Below, piece by piece: positions 10,701 through 20,700 of a DNA stretch of 64,000 bases. Source of the DNA: an uncultured Acidobacteriota bacterium (lineage in GTDB: Bacteria > Acidobacteriota > Terriglobia > UBA7540); the NCBI GenBank assembly GCA_963804995.1, contig CAWDSK010000001.1, positions 629,784 through 693,783 of the forward strand, written 5' to 3'. Both the position numbers and the translations under genes were made by a program. How positions within the stretch are numbered: the stretch's first letter is position 1; the number at the start of each line of letters is the position of its first letter. Below the pieces are notes generated by a model that was not told where the DNA came from, searched no databases, and worked only from the letters and a program-made list of their open reading frames with translations.

Positions 10701-12797
10701 CTAATCACCATCATCCGATGAACTGTCCGCGAGTGCAAATGGATAGACGGGCCCACTCCCGGCTTTACGCAACCAAACTGTCAGCACCGTAAGCGTCCAC
10801 CTAGAATCTACCATATCATCTATCAACAAGACGGGCTCCGGTCTGACCATAGCTCCATCCCCATCGAAAGCCCCTGCGATATTATGAACCTGGTGGAAGC
10901 TGTTGGCCCGTGTCTTCTGGGGCTCAGTGTCCCTCACCTTTCGGATACATTCCACAAACGGAAGCCCCAACCGATGGGCAAGCCGACGGGCGAAGTCGGG
11001 AACAAGAGTCTGATGCTGCCTCGACGCCACGCATGTCAACCAACATGGTGCAGGGTCGGGCTTCCAGCGATTCCTGATCATACGCGCGGCTGCCTCGACA
11101 AGTTGATCGTCGAAACGGTGATCCCGCTGTTTGCCACGCCGCACAAGCTCCCCGAAGCCAGGGGCGCCCCAGCGGCAGAGTGCGCGCCCTTCCAGCGCCT
11201 GGTGCTCCGGCGCAATGTTCCCTTTCATTGCTGGATCGGGGAGGCCAGCGGGCCATCTTTTGCGCGGCAGGATAACGTTTTCCAGCCGATTGAGGAACTC
11301 CGCCGCTGCCTGAGCAAGATCCTCCGGGTAATCTTCCGGTAAAAGCCGGCCCACGCAGCTTACACACTTGCCGCAAGGTGCGGCATTTGGATCGCTGAGC
11401 TCCGCCGCCAGAAACTGCATCAGACAATCCCGCGTGCCCATGTAGGCGCTCATCCGTTCCTGCTCTTGCCGGCGCAGGTTCGTAATACGTTCGATCCGAT
11501 CCACGGGCATCTGCCAGCGCACAGGGTTCAGGACGTAAGCCGAACCCCGTCCGGAGGGGATCCTTTGGATGGGCGCAGGAGATTCGAGCAGTAAGAACTT
11601 CAGTATCTTTTCGGTCTTCCCTTTCGACAGATTCAATCGTTGCTGTAGATTGGGCACCGTCAGCGCCCCGTTTGCAGCCCGCATCGCCGCCAGAAGTTGG
11701 TCCACCTCATCTGCGCTCGGGAAGGCCGTCCGGATGAAGTAGTCGGCGATTTCGTTGTCTTCTTCCCCGTTCAGCAGAATGCCGTAGGCATTATCGACCG
11801 CGCGTCCAGCGCGCCCCACCTGCTGGTAGTAGTGCACGACCGAGGCGGGCCGCTGGAAGTGGATGACGAATCCAAGGTCCGGCTTGTCAAAACCCATTCC
11901 GAGAGCGACCGTAGCCACCAGCGCTTTCACTTCATTATTGAGCAGCCGGTTTTCCAAGGCTTCTCGTTGTTCTGTCTCCTGGCCGCCGTGATAAGACTCC
12001 GCGTCGATGCCTTGAGACTCGAGCCATTCCGCCAGGCGCTCTGAGTCTCGAATCGTGAGCGTGTAGACGATGCCGCTTCCGGGCAGGCCGGGAAGAATGT
12101 TCGCAAGCCAAGCCATCCGCTCCGCCTGCGAACGAAGGTATATGTTCTGGAGACCTAGACTGACCCGGGTCAAGGGGCCCCTTTGAACCTCTAAGTTCGG
12201 TCCGAGCTGTTGAAGGATATCTTTCACGACGCGATCGTTTGCCGTCGCGGTTGTGGCCAGCACTGGGATATTGTGGGGAAGGGCTCTTAGGATCCTGACG
12301 ATCCTCTGGTAGTCGGGGCGGAAGTCATGGCCCCAGTCGGAGATGCAGTGGGCCTCGTCAACGACGAAGAGGCCAACCCTATTGGCAATGGGAAGAAGGC
12401 ATTGATTGACAAAGTCATCGTTGGCCAGCCGTTCCGGGGATATCAAGAGCAAGTCAAACTGGTTGTTCCGTAGCCCATCCTCAATCCACAGCCAATCCTC
12501 CTGATTGGTGGAATTGATCGTCTCCGCTTTGACCCCGATGTTTCGTGCCGCCGCGATCTGGTTCCTCATCAGCGAAAGGAGAGGCGAAATCAGAAGCGTG
12601 CATCCGGCCCCTTGATCGCGAAGGAATTTGGTGGCAAGGAAGTAAACCAAGCTCTTGCCCCATCCGGTTCGCTGAACCACCAACAGCCGCGCGCGCCTTT
12701 GCACCAGGGCGGAGATTGCCTCCCATTGTCCGTCGCGGAACTCTGCGTCAGGATTCCGTAATGCCTGGCGTAGGAGAGTAATCGCATGTGTCCGCAT
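10701..12797 (-). CDS. RecQ-family helicase with C-terminal ComF/PRTase-like domain
   Basis: QRTGWGKS, VDEAHCISDWGHDFRPDY, ATTATAN, ALGMGFDK, QQVGRAGR, Zn site C..CGKC.SC, and C-terminal VLLIDDMVDSRWT. Confidence 0.9.
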   Translation of the reverse strand: MRTHAITLLRQALRNPDAEFRDGQWEAISALVQRRARLLVVQRTGWGKSLVYFLATKFLRDQGAGCTLLISPLLSLMRNQIAAARNIGVKAETINSTNQEDWLWIEDGLRNNQFDLLLISPERLANDDFVNQCLLPIANRVGLFVVDEAHCISDWGHDFRPDYQRIVRILRALPHNIPVLATTATANDRVVKDILQQLGPNLEVQRGPLTRVSLGLQNIYLRSQAERMAWLANILPGLPGSGIVYTLTIRDSERLAEWLESQGIDAESYHGGQETEQREALENRLLNNEVKALVATVALGMGFDKPDLGFVIHFQRPASVVHYYQQVGRAGRAVDNAYGILLNGEEDNEIADYFIRTAFPSADEVDQLLAAMRAANGALTVPNLQQRLNLSKGKTEKILKFLLLESPAPIQRIPSGRGSAYVLNPVRWQMPVDRIERITNLRRQEQERMSAYMGTRDCLMQFLAAELSDPNAAPCGKCVSCVGRLLPEDYPEDLAQAAAEFLNRLENVILPRKRWPAGLPDPAMKGNIAPEHQALEGRALCRWGAPGFGELVRRGKQRDHRFDDQLVEAAARMIRNRWKPDPAPCWLTCVASRQHQTLVPDFARRLAHRLGLPFVECIRKVRDTEPQKTRANSFHQVHNIAGAFDGDGAMVRPEPVLLIDDMVDSRWTLTVLTVWLRKAGSGPVYPFALADSSSDDGD

Positions 12798-13107
12798 ACT
12801 GGGCCAACTGAGGGGCAAAGTTGTTTGGAAAGCTTTGTTCCAAAGGCTTCTGGCGCGCGAAGCCAAGAATACGTTGACTAGAACGCCCGGTCAACCTTCG
12901 AGTCATCAGCACCCCGACGAGCTATTTCCGTGTCATGGTCGCTGGTGAATCCTGCTTCCCCATAGATCTCATGTGTGGGCAAGCCTTAAATGTGGCCCGG
13001 CCTGTCACCGTGGGCAATTGCGCCGGAGCGACGGCGGACACAGAAACTATACCGAGTGGGTAATTCGCTGGATTTGGAGCGAATCGTCCTTACCGGAAAT
13101 CAACCCA

Positions 13108-14310
13108 CTACGGCTCCTGGCACTCTTGCAGTTTGGCGCTTGCCCACAGGATTCCTTCCAGGGAAAATCCCACCAGGAATCCCCACATGAGGTTGGTGGT
13201 AAGGAGAGAGACCAGGCCCACCGCGACGGCAATCAGGAACTGCGCCCGGCGCTTGAAGATGTCGCGCAGGTAGGCGGCATGCTGGACACCGACATACACC
13301 AGGAAGACTCCCAGCACCGCCACCGGGATTAACTGCAACAGGCCGATGGCAGCGCGCCCGAAGAGAGCCAGCATGATACACACACCGCCAATCACATAGC
13401 TTGACTTGGGGGAGCGCGCGCCGAAGCGGTAATGCGCCGTGACTCCTCCCGATCCGTGGCAGAGCGGTGAACCCAGGATGGCAGCGGTGGCGAGGTTAAC
13501 GAATCCGATACTCAGGCTGAGGGCCCGCACCGTGACGCGCCGTGCCTGCTCACCATAGAGGATCCGCGCGGTGTTTTCCGTGGCCACGATGGAGTTTCCG
13601 AAGGTGAGGGCGAATTGCGGGATGACCAGCAACGGCAGCACCCGCTTAAGCTCGGCCAGTTTGGGGTGCAACAACTCCAGAGGCACCACGCCAAAGCCCA
13701 GCGCGGGAAGCTTGCCCCAGGCGAGCGCCACACCCACGGCGATACCCGAGGCCAGCAATACCAGCGCTGCGGGAAAACGGTGAGATTGCCGGAACGCGAT
13801 TAATAAACCGGCGCCCGCGAGGGCAATGATCAACGACGTGGGCTGGATGCCGGCAAGTGTCAGCCCCGACCGTGTTCCCAGCACCAGGCGCAAACCCTCC
13901 CGGATCAGCAGCAGGCCAAGCCCCAACTGGATGCCCCGGACAATCGGCAGGGTGAAGAGCTTGGCCAGCCATCCGGCCAGGTTCGTCACGCCCACCAGAA
14001 GCAGCAGGACGCCCATCAGCAGGCCGGCGCTGGCAATGGCGGAAGGAGTGAGCGACAGGGCCAGGGCAATTGCCGCCACCGCCTTAAAGGGCTGGACGGC
14101 CATCGGAATCCTGAAGTATCGCGCCGTGATGCAATAGGTCAACCCGGCGGTCAGAAACACTGCCGTGGGATTCAGGTGGTTGAGGGTAATCAGGGCGATG
14201 GCGATGGGAAAGAGCACGCCAATGTCGCCAAACGCCCCGGCCACATCCAGGCGTGTCAGTGGCCAGGCGAACCCGGCCGCTCGTGTTTCGGCATCGGTCG
14301 CGGCAGGCAA
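13108..14310 (-). CDS. MOT1-family molybdate transporter
   Basis: Polytopic membrane protein with GAFGDIG, PMAVQPFKAVAAIA and PLCHGSGG..AHYRFGARS motifs; directly downstream of a TOBE regulator. Confidence 0.8.
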   Translation of the reverse strand: MPAATDAETRAAGFAWPLTRLDVAGAFGDIGVLFPIAIALITLNHLNPTAVFLTAGLTYCITARYFRIPMAVQPFKAVAAIALALSLTPSAIASAGLLMGVLLLLVGVTNLAGWLAKLFTLPIVRGIQLGLGLLLIREGLRLVLGTRSGLTLAGIQPTSLIIALAGAGLLIAFRQSHRFPAALVLLASGIAVGVALAWGKLPALGFGVVPLELLHPKLAELKRVLPLLVIPQFALTFGNSIVATENTARILYGEQARRVTVRALSLSIGFVNLATAAILGSPLCHGSGGVTAHYRFGARSPKSSYVIGGVCIMLALFGRAAIGLLQLIPVAVLGVFLVYVGVQHAAYLRDIFKRRAQFLIAVAVGLVSLLTTNLMWGFLVGFSLEGILWASAKLQECQEP

Positions 14311-14312
14311 AA

Positions 14313-14780
14313 TCAGGACCTCCGGGGCAGGGGGCGGATGATCATCACTTCAGTGGCCTTGATGAGCGCCGCCGCGGTATCACCCACCTTGAGGTCGAGA
14401 TCCCGGCAGGCGTCGCGCGTGATGATGGAGGTAATAGTTTGCCCACCCATGTCGAGCACTACCTTGGCGAGCAGGCCAACGACTTCCAGTTTGATAATCC
14501 GGCCCACGAGTTGATTTCGCCCGCTGATGACATGCTCAAGGCCCGCGCCCATGCCAGAAATGGGAGGCGAGGGCGATGCCGACCCATGCCCCGCTGCGGA
14601 GGTCTTCCTCGTTCCCTTCTGAAAGAGCAGCCGGTCGACTTCCGAGTGCGGGATGCGGTGGTGGCCCCCAGGTGTCTGGACGGCCCGGACCTTGTTCTTG
14701 TAAATCCATTGTTTCAGGGTCGGATAACTCACGCCCAACAGCCGAGCGGCTTCCGGCAGGTGGAGAAGTTCCATGGGCAA
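14313..14780 (-). CDS. Excisionase-like HTH + TOBE (molybdate-binding) regulator
   Basis: EAARLLGVSYPTLKQWI..TPGGHHRI followed by ISGRNQLVG...SIIT...LIKATEV. Confidence 0.85.
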   Translation of the reverse strand: MPMELLHLPEAARLLGVSYPTLKQWIYKNKVRAVQTPGGHHRIPHSEVDRLLFQKGTRKTSAAGHGSASPSPPISGMGAGLEHVISGRNQLVGRIIKLEVVGLLAKVVLDMGGQTITSIITRDACRDLDLKVGDTAAALIKATEVMIIRPLPRRS

Positions 14781-14952
14781 GGGTATCTCCTAATTTAGGC
14801 GATTGCAAAAGCTAAGTCTATACGGGTTGATACGGGTGGGCAAGGGAAAGGCGGTCGGGTCCTCGCTGCCCAATGGCCTGTTGAGATCTTCCCGTTCTGT
14901 CCCTCTTTATCTGTGCGACACAAAAACGCTTGTCGCGTATATAATCCCGCGC

Positions 14953-17085
14953 ATGCGCCGAGTTTACTTGCTTCTCTTCAGCCTGATTATTTGCGCGCCG
15001 CAAACCGTCACTTCCGCCCACCGCAGCGAAGCGGCCGCTACCGTCAATTACCCTTGCGTCCCTCAAGCTTTGATTCTCTCCATTACTGGGAAGCACTATC
15101 CCGGGATCACGCGCGCGCTTTCCAGCGTGGGATTCCGGGTGCGGGAGGTTTCGGCTGCGACCTACGTTTCGTCCCAACGGGCGACTGAACTGCTTCTCAT
15201 TGTCCCCGAATCGGAAGGCCAGCAGATTGAGCCACCGCTTATCCAATCCATCCTTAAGGACGTTGAAGGCGGGATGCCCTTGCTGCTGGATGGGGCGACG
15301 CCGCTCACGGCAGAGCTCGGGGTCAATGCCACAGGGGCGCGTGGCGACCTCACCAAGTATCGTTGGGACCACTACGCCGAAGACCCCCTCCGCCTACCGG
15401 GCCGGTTGACCTATCCACGCTTCAAGGAGAACGCTGCCCTTCAGGTGTTGGCTCTCGACCCGAAGAACCATGCGCCGCTGGTAGTCTCGGGCAGCCGCGG
15501 GCAAGGACGATTCATCGCGAGCGCCATTCCGCTGGAACCGCACGCGGGGATGCTTTTCGAATACTTGCCCTTCCTGGCGCAAGCGATCGTGGATGAGCTG
15601 CACGTCACTCCTACGATTGCCGCAGACAATCTTTGTGTTTACGTGGACGCGGGCGGTGAACCGAGGGTTGATCCAGCCATTGTGGTTGCCCAACTGAAGA
15701 GTTGGTCGGTCCGCGAGGTGCATCTCGGCGCCTTCTACGAATCGGAGATGTTCCAGGATTTCGCCCGACGCTTCATCGAAGCCGCCCATCGCGAGGGCAT
15801 CGCGGTCTACGCGTGGCTGGAATATCCCATGGTCAGCGAAGAGTTCTGGAAACAGCATCCCAAATGGCGTGAAGTCACGGCCAGCGGCCAACCCGCGATC
15901 ATGGACTGGCGTTATCACATGGCGCTGGAAGATCCTGACTGCCTGCGCGCCGTGGTCGAGTTGACCCGGCACCAGGTGCTGGATTTCGATTGGGACGGCG
16001 TGGACTTTGCCGAGCTGTACTTTGAGGGGGCGCCCGGCATCTTCAAAGATCCGGAAGATTTCACCCCGATGCATCCCACGTTTCGCAAAATGTTCCAGGA
16101 GCGGTACGGCGTCGACCCGCGCGAGCTGTTTGACTCCGAGTCACCAAATTATGGCCTTAAGAATCCCAAGCTGCGGAGCGCGTTGCAGGAATTTCGCGTC
16201 GAGCTCATCACCCGGCTGACCGACACCATCCTCGAAACCCTGGCGAGTTGCCAGGCGGTGAAACCCTATCTTCAAACCACCCTCACTATCGTGGATGCGC
16301 TCAGCGACCCCGCGGTGACCGAGCGGTTCGGGATCGATCCTGATCGCCTGATTGCTCTGCAAAAGAAATTCGGCTTCGCGGTCGAGATCGAGGACCCCTA
16401 CACGGTGTGGAATTCCGGCCCTGACCGCTATCGCACAATTGGCGAGCATTATCGTGGGCGGCTGCAGCCCGGCACCCTGCTTTCCATCGATATCAATGTC
16501 ACGGACCGAATGCCGCCCGGCCGCCCGCTGGATAAGCCTCGCGGGTTGGAACTCTATGCCTTGGTCTCCACGGTTGCCGCCCACGTGGACTTGCTCACAC
16601 TTTACGCTTTCAGCACTCTCTCGCCCGATGACATGCGGCTGGTCCCCTTTGTTCTGGGTACACAGCAGTTCGCGGGCGAGATTGGCGAAAGCGGGGCGGT
16701 TGAGGCCCAGCGACAACTCTTCTGGCGCACCGACGCTCGCGGGAGAACCGCCTACCTGGATGGCCGGGAATGGCCTTGCTGGTCCGATACTCAAGTTCTC
16801 ATTCCGGCGGGAGCGCACAGCGTCTCGACACGCCCACGGGCAGAAAATGCCGGGCCGGAGGCGTTGCGGATTGAATCCATTAACGGCACAATCCTGGCGG
16901 CAGAAAGGGCCGGCCAGCGCGTGACCCTTACCTATGAATCTCGCGGACGCTGCTACGTGACCCTGAACCGTCAACCAACTACCGTCCTCTGTGATGGCGC
17001 CTCTGGCCTCGGCAAGGTGATCAGCGATGGACAGCACGTGTGCCTCGAGCTGCCGCAGGGCAAACATACTGTCGAAGTTGAGTAA
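14953..17085 (+). CDS. Secreted protein with putative glycoside-hydrolase-like TIM barrel
   Basis: Signal-like start MRRVYLLLFSL; FIEAAHREGIAVYAWLE and WDGVDFAELYFE segments resemble GH-like barrels. Family uncertain. Confidence 0.5.
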   Translation: MRRVYLLLFSLIICAPQTVTSAHRSEAAATVNYPCVPQALILSITGKHYPGITRALSSVGFRVREVSAATYVSSQRATELLLIVPESEGQQIEPPLIQSILKDVEGGMPLLLDGATPLTAELGVNATGARGDLTKYRWDHYAEDPLRLPGRLTYPRFKENAALQVLALDPKNHAPLVVSGSRGQGRFIASAIPLEPHAGMLFEYLPFLAQAIVDELHVTPTIAADNLCVYVDAGGEPRVDPAIVVAQLKSWSVREVHLGAFYESEMFQDFARRFIEAAHREGIAVYAWLEYPMVSEEFWKQHPKWREVTASGQPAIMDWRYHMALEDPDCLRAVVELTRHQVLDFDWDGVDFAELYFEGAPGIFKDPEDFTPMHPTFRKMFQERYGVDPRELFDSESPNYGLKNPKLRSALQEFRVELITRLTDTILETLASCQAVKPYLQTTLTIVDALSDPAVTERFGIDPDRLIALQKKFGFAVEIEDPYTVWNSGPDRYRTIGEHYRGRLQPGTLLSIDINVTDRMPPGRPLDKPRGLELYALVSTVAAHVDLLTLYAFSTLSPDDMRLVPFVLGTQQFAGEIGESGAVEAQRQLFWRTDARGRTAYLDGREWPCWSDTQVLIPAGAHSVSTRPRAENAGPEALRIESINGTILAAERAGQRVTLTYESRGRCYVTLNRQPTTVLCDGASGLGKVISDGQHVCLELPQGKHTVEVE

Positions 17086-17164
17086 GGATAGGGGAAGGAT
17101 TCAGATGGGTGTTTGGACGCTTTCCGCGGGCACCTGCCGCCGCAAGTCAGAAGCGGCGTAGGTG

Positions 17165-17558
17165 CTACGCCGGCTGGTGCAGCTTGAGGCCACAGAGCTT
17201 GGCCATACGCACGAAGTCGCGATCGAGGGAGAACACTGTAGCGCCGTTCTCTGCGGCAATGGTGGCAATAATGGCGTCCGTCGTAGTCAGGGTGACGCCC
17301 CGCGATCGCGCCGACCTGAAGAGGGCTGCGGAACCCCGGTAGGTGTCGAAGCCGCTGGCTTCCAGCAGGTCAAAAAGGGCGAGGAAGCCTTCGATACGCT
17401 CAACGTCCCGCCTCAAACCTTGAAGGATCTCGCTCACGACCACGCCGGTGATAGCGAGCGGCGCCCCCTCGTCAATCAGGCGGCGAAGCTCGCTTCCCGC
17501 TGCACCCGGTTCGAGCGCTGAGAAAATCGATCCAAACCGAGCTGTCCACCAGGATCAA
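17165..17558 (-). CDS. vapC: VapC PIN-domain toxin, 1-bp frameshift near 17510
   Basis: TTG start overlaps the antitoxin stop; ILVDSSVWIDF, then SEILQG, DAIIA, SLDRDF. Removing one base of cga(a)cc joins the frames. Confidence 0.8.
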
Positions 17559-17755
17559 GCGCGGTTCCTCCGCATCGCACGCAAATCGCCCTTCCAGACG
17601 CCGCGACCGTAATAACGCAACAGCCCTTTGCGCTTTTCCGTCCTCACCAGCAGCTCCAGGGCCCGGTCTACAATGGCGCGCTTGGTCTTGAGCCCGGTGA
17701 GGCCCTGTGCCTCGCGAACCAGTTGGTCGTTCATCTCGATGTTCGTCCTGCTCAT
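17555..17755 (-). CDS. vapB: VapB antitoxin
   Basis: MSRTNIEMNDQLVREA..TGLKTKRAIVDRAL; upstream inverted repeat CATACAC..GTGTATG could be an operator. Confidence 0.85.
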   Translation of the reverse strand: MSRTNIEMNDQLVREAQGLTGLKTKRAIVDRALELLVRTEKRKGLLRYYGRGVWKGDLRAMRRNRA

Positions 17756-17879
17756 GCTGATTATCATACACCAAAAGTGCATATTTATGTGTATGGACCT
17801 TAGGGGTGCCGTTTGATGAAGGGGCGATTCTACGGCCGATCCTCGGACGGCAGACTCCCTGCCAGCAAGAAAAGCGAGC

Positions 17880-17964
17880 GTAGCGCGGACCTGTTTTGAA
17901 GGTCCGCGGTTCATCCCATATTGACAATCAAAAGCCGCGGACCAGCCGAACAGGTCCGCGCTAC
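17880..17964. repeat. Inverted GTAG-REP doublet
   Basis: GTAGCGCGGACCTGTT..AGGTCCGCGG and CCGCGGACC..AACAGGTCCGCGCTAC. Confidence 0.7.
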
Positions 17965-17997
17965 ACCTATTTGGGCGAATTGCCCTCCGCTGCCAAA

Positions 17998-18030
17998 ACA
18001 AAAAGGGCGGGCACATGGCCCGCCCCTCTT
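17998..18030 (-). terminator. Intrinsic terminator of the radical SAM gene
   Basis: GGGCGGGC-loop-GCCCGCCC hairpin with an A-run on its left (U-run on the minus strand). Confidence 0.6.
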
Positions 18031-18048
18031 CATGAATATGACTTTGCT

Positions 18049-19713
18049 TTACTTAATCTCCACCAGTCCGTTCCCATTTCCATTCGAGGGCGAAGCCTTG
18101 GCGGCCTTCAGGTCCAGGGGGACGGAAAACTGCTTCTCGATCTTTTCGCGGAAGCAGGGGCCGGAGTTGTAGGTGCAGAAGGGATAGACCAGACCGTTGG
18201 GCGCGGTGTAGTGGATGACGCAGCGCTTCACGCGGTTGATGTCATAGTTATAGACATCCATGAAGTGCATGCCCGCGACGAGCAGGGTCTTATAAGTGAA
18301 CGTGCCGTCGCCCTGGCCGCGGCCTTTGCTGTGATCGGTCATGCCCTGGAGAGTATTGAGGAAGCGCTCGAAGGTAAGTCCCGGCGGCGCGAATTCGGCC
18401 TTGAAGTGCCGCCGCAGGGAATTCCAGGCGCTGATCTTGGAGAAGAGTTTTACCCGCGCGCCCTCCGCCTTGCGTGCCAGCAGGTCGATATCGCGCAGCA
18501 TGGCGCCGACATCGAAAAAGCGCGTGATGGGCACGGCCTTCTTCGATACCGGATCAACATATAGGTAGGTCCCCATGGCGCAATGCGGATGCGAAGTCAG
18601 GTTCGGCCGCTCGAATTTCTGAAGCGCCGAAAGCAATTTCGAAAAGGGTGAGGTGCAGGCGAGCGGGAACCAGTCGTTGTATTTATCGGTCATGCCCGTC
18701 TGGTCGGAAATGCAGTGCGCCAGGTCCGACTGGGTGAAGCGCTTGGCCTCCAGATCCCGCCGATTGATGCGGCCCGTGAAGGCCACCGGCTGGAAACTGA
18801 AGCCGCTGATGCAGTCGATATTGTCGATGGCGAAGCGCACCATGTCGCCGAGTTGATGGTCGTTCACGCCTTTGACGATGGTGGGCACCAGCACAATCTT
18901 CAGGCCGTACTCGCGGCAATTCTCAATGCAGGCCAGCTTGATATCCATCAGTCGCTGGCCGCGCGTGCGGAGATAGATGTCATCGTTGAGGCCGTCGAAT
19001 TGCAGATAAAGCGTGTGCAGGCCGGCTTCCTTGGCGGCCTCGGCAAATTCCGCGCGGGCGAAGGCAATGCCGTTGGTGGCTGTCTGGATATGCGTAAAGC
19101 CCAGTTCCGTCGCCTTGCGCAGCACGTCGAGATAGCGCGGGTACATGGTCGGCTCGCCGCCGGAGAACTGCACCACGCGGTTCGGCACCGGCCGTTGGGC
19201 GCGCAACCCCTCGATCATCCCCACCACCTGATCGAAGGATGGCTCGTAGAGATATCCGGCCGTGTTGGCATTGGCAAAGCAAACCGGGCAGGTCAGGTTG
19301 CAGCGATTCGTCAGGTCAACATTTGAAAGGACGGTGTGCGAAGTGTGCATGGAGCACAGCCCGCAGTCGTCCGGGCAGCGCGTGGCGTCCGGAACCGCAG
19401 GGTTTTCCAGGCCGCGGTTGTCGCCGAATTCCCACTGTTCCATCTTGAGGTAGAGGCGCGCATCGGAATAAATCTTGTCGCGGAATTCGCCGTGCGCGAC
19501 GCAAGTCTTCTCCATGTATACGGCGCCATTCTCTTCAAAAAGATAGGCATCGATCACTTGCAGGCATTCGGGGCAAACGGACTGCGTGGTTTTGGGCAGA
19601 CCTTTTTGCACCGGCTCAATCGGCGAGCCGGTAAAGGTGGTTTCCGGCTGGATAATTTTGAAGTCGCTTCGACGACGAGTCGGGGTAGGTGGAGCTACAG
19701 TCAACGTGGCCAC
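18049..19713 (-). CDS. Radical SAM protein, tetraether lipid synthase (Tes/MJ0619)-like
   Basis: GTG start with RBS AGGAGG; N-terminal SVCPEC..KTC..HG, CPDDCGLCSMH, CNLTCPVC, HPHC and C-terminal KRCVIHY..PFCTYN. Confidence 0.8.
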   Translation of the reverse strand: MATLTVAPPTPTRRRSDFKIIQPETTFTGSPIEPVQKGLPKTTQSVCPECLQVIDAYLFEENGAVYMEKTCVAHGEFRDKIYSDARLYLKMEQWEFGDNRGLENPAVPDATRCPDDCGLCSMHTSHTVLSNVDLTNRCNLTCPVCFANANTAGYLYEPSFDQVVGMIEGLRAQRPVPNRVVQFSGGEPTMYPRYLDVLRKATELGFTHIQTATNGIAFARAEFAEAAKEAGLHTLYLQFDGLNDDIYLRTRGQRLMDIKLACIENCREYGLKIVLVPTIVKGVNDHQLGDMVRFAIDNIDCISGFSFQPVAFTGRINRRDLEAKRFTQSDLAHCISDQTGMTDKYNDWFPLACTSPFSKLLSALQKFERPNLTSHPHCAMGTYLYVDPVSKKAVPITRFFDVGAMLRDIDLLARKAEGARVKLFSKISAWNSLRRHFKAEFAPPGLTFERFLNTLQGMTDHSKGRGQGDGTFTYKTLLVAGMHFMDVYNYDINRVKRCVIHYTAPNGLVYPFCTYNSGPCFREKIEKQFSVPLDLKAAKASPSNGNGNGLVEIK

Positions 19714-20034
19714 GGTTCCTCCTGAGGAAGGCGTATCAATTAAGGTTGCGCTGCATGGGCTGTGCACTTCGTATTACCCAGCAGCGTTAGAGAAGGTCTT
19801 GCTTAAGAAATAAGAAGTCCGACGCTAAAGGGACACATTGGAACATCCCGATGAAGTGAGGGGAACTACAAACCTTCGGATGGTAATTTGGGGACATCGA
19901 ACGGCGAGAAACTAGGCTCGAATGGTTCAGACAAATTGTTCATTATAAAGGACTTGCGACATTTTGTCCGAACTGCTCTCCGGCCGCTTGACACTACTCC
20001 CTCTATCCAAAATCGACTCGCGGGCAGACGATAA

Positions 20035-20445
20035 CTATTTTCTGAACAGGTTCTCGAAGGCCTGGCGAGCATCCAGCGGTCGGGAGGAAGAGGTCTCACG
20101 TTCCACGGTGGTGCGCGGCGAGTAGAAGCTGCATTGGTTGCGAGAATCCTTTTTAGGGAGGCGCGCGCTGATGGGCTGCGTACACTCGTAGCGGCTGGAA
20201 GTATCAAAGTAGGCGCATTGCTTGCAGCTATGCAATTCAAAGCCGCAGCGCGGACACTTGCCCGTGAAATCAATGTCAGGCGGCAACAAAGCGGCGCAGG
20301 AACCACAGCGCACCACTTCGCGCTTGCCGGGCAGCTTCGGAGTCCGCGGCCCGAAGGTTTCAGGTTTCTTCGCGGGTCTGGACTCGGAGCGTTCGCGGTC
20401 GCCCCCCGAGTCCATATACCCCCGCTGTTTATACTTTCTCTCCAT
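20035..20445 (-). CDS. Small cysteine-rich (double Zn-ribbon-like) hypothetical protein
   Basis: RBS GGAG; CGSC, CPRC, CKQC plus two further Cys. Confidence 0.7.
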   Translation of the reverse strand: MERKYKQRGYMDSGGDRERSESRPAKKPETFGPRTPKLPGKREVVRCGSCAALLPPDIDFTGKCPRCGFELHSCKQCAYFDTSSRYECTQPISARLPKKDSRNQCSFYSPRTTVERETSSSRPLDARQAFENLFRK

Positions 20446-20559
20446 CAAAACTCCTTAGGAATTGGCAGCTTTATTTTCGTTCGTTGGATTGCTGATACTC
20501 TTATCATACGCCGCTCGTTCGCTCCACGCCAGCAGTAAAAAGCGTATTAGTAGTTTGAC

Positions 20560-20630
20560 GTAGCGGCGAGTTTACCCCGCCATCGTACGTTGAGATAAAT
20601 CCACCCATGGCGGGGTAAACCCGCCGCTAC
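20560..20630. repeat. Inverted GTAG-REP doublet (same family as 7334-7404)
   Basis: GTAGCGGCGAGTTTACCCCGCCAT...ATGGCGGGGTAAACCCGCCGCTAC. Confidence 0.8.
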
Positions 20631-20700
20631 ACCAAATTGAACCCGTACCGTAAAAAGACCCTGGTTTGCGGCGTGGTGTTAAAGCGGAAACCGCTCCCGC

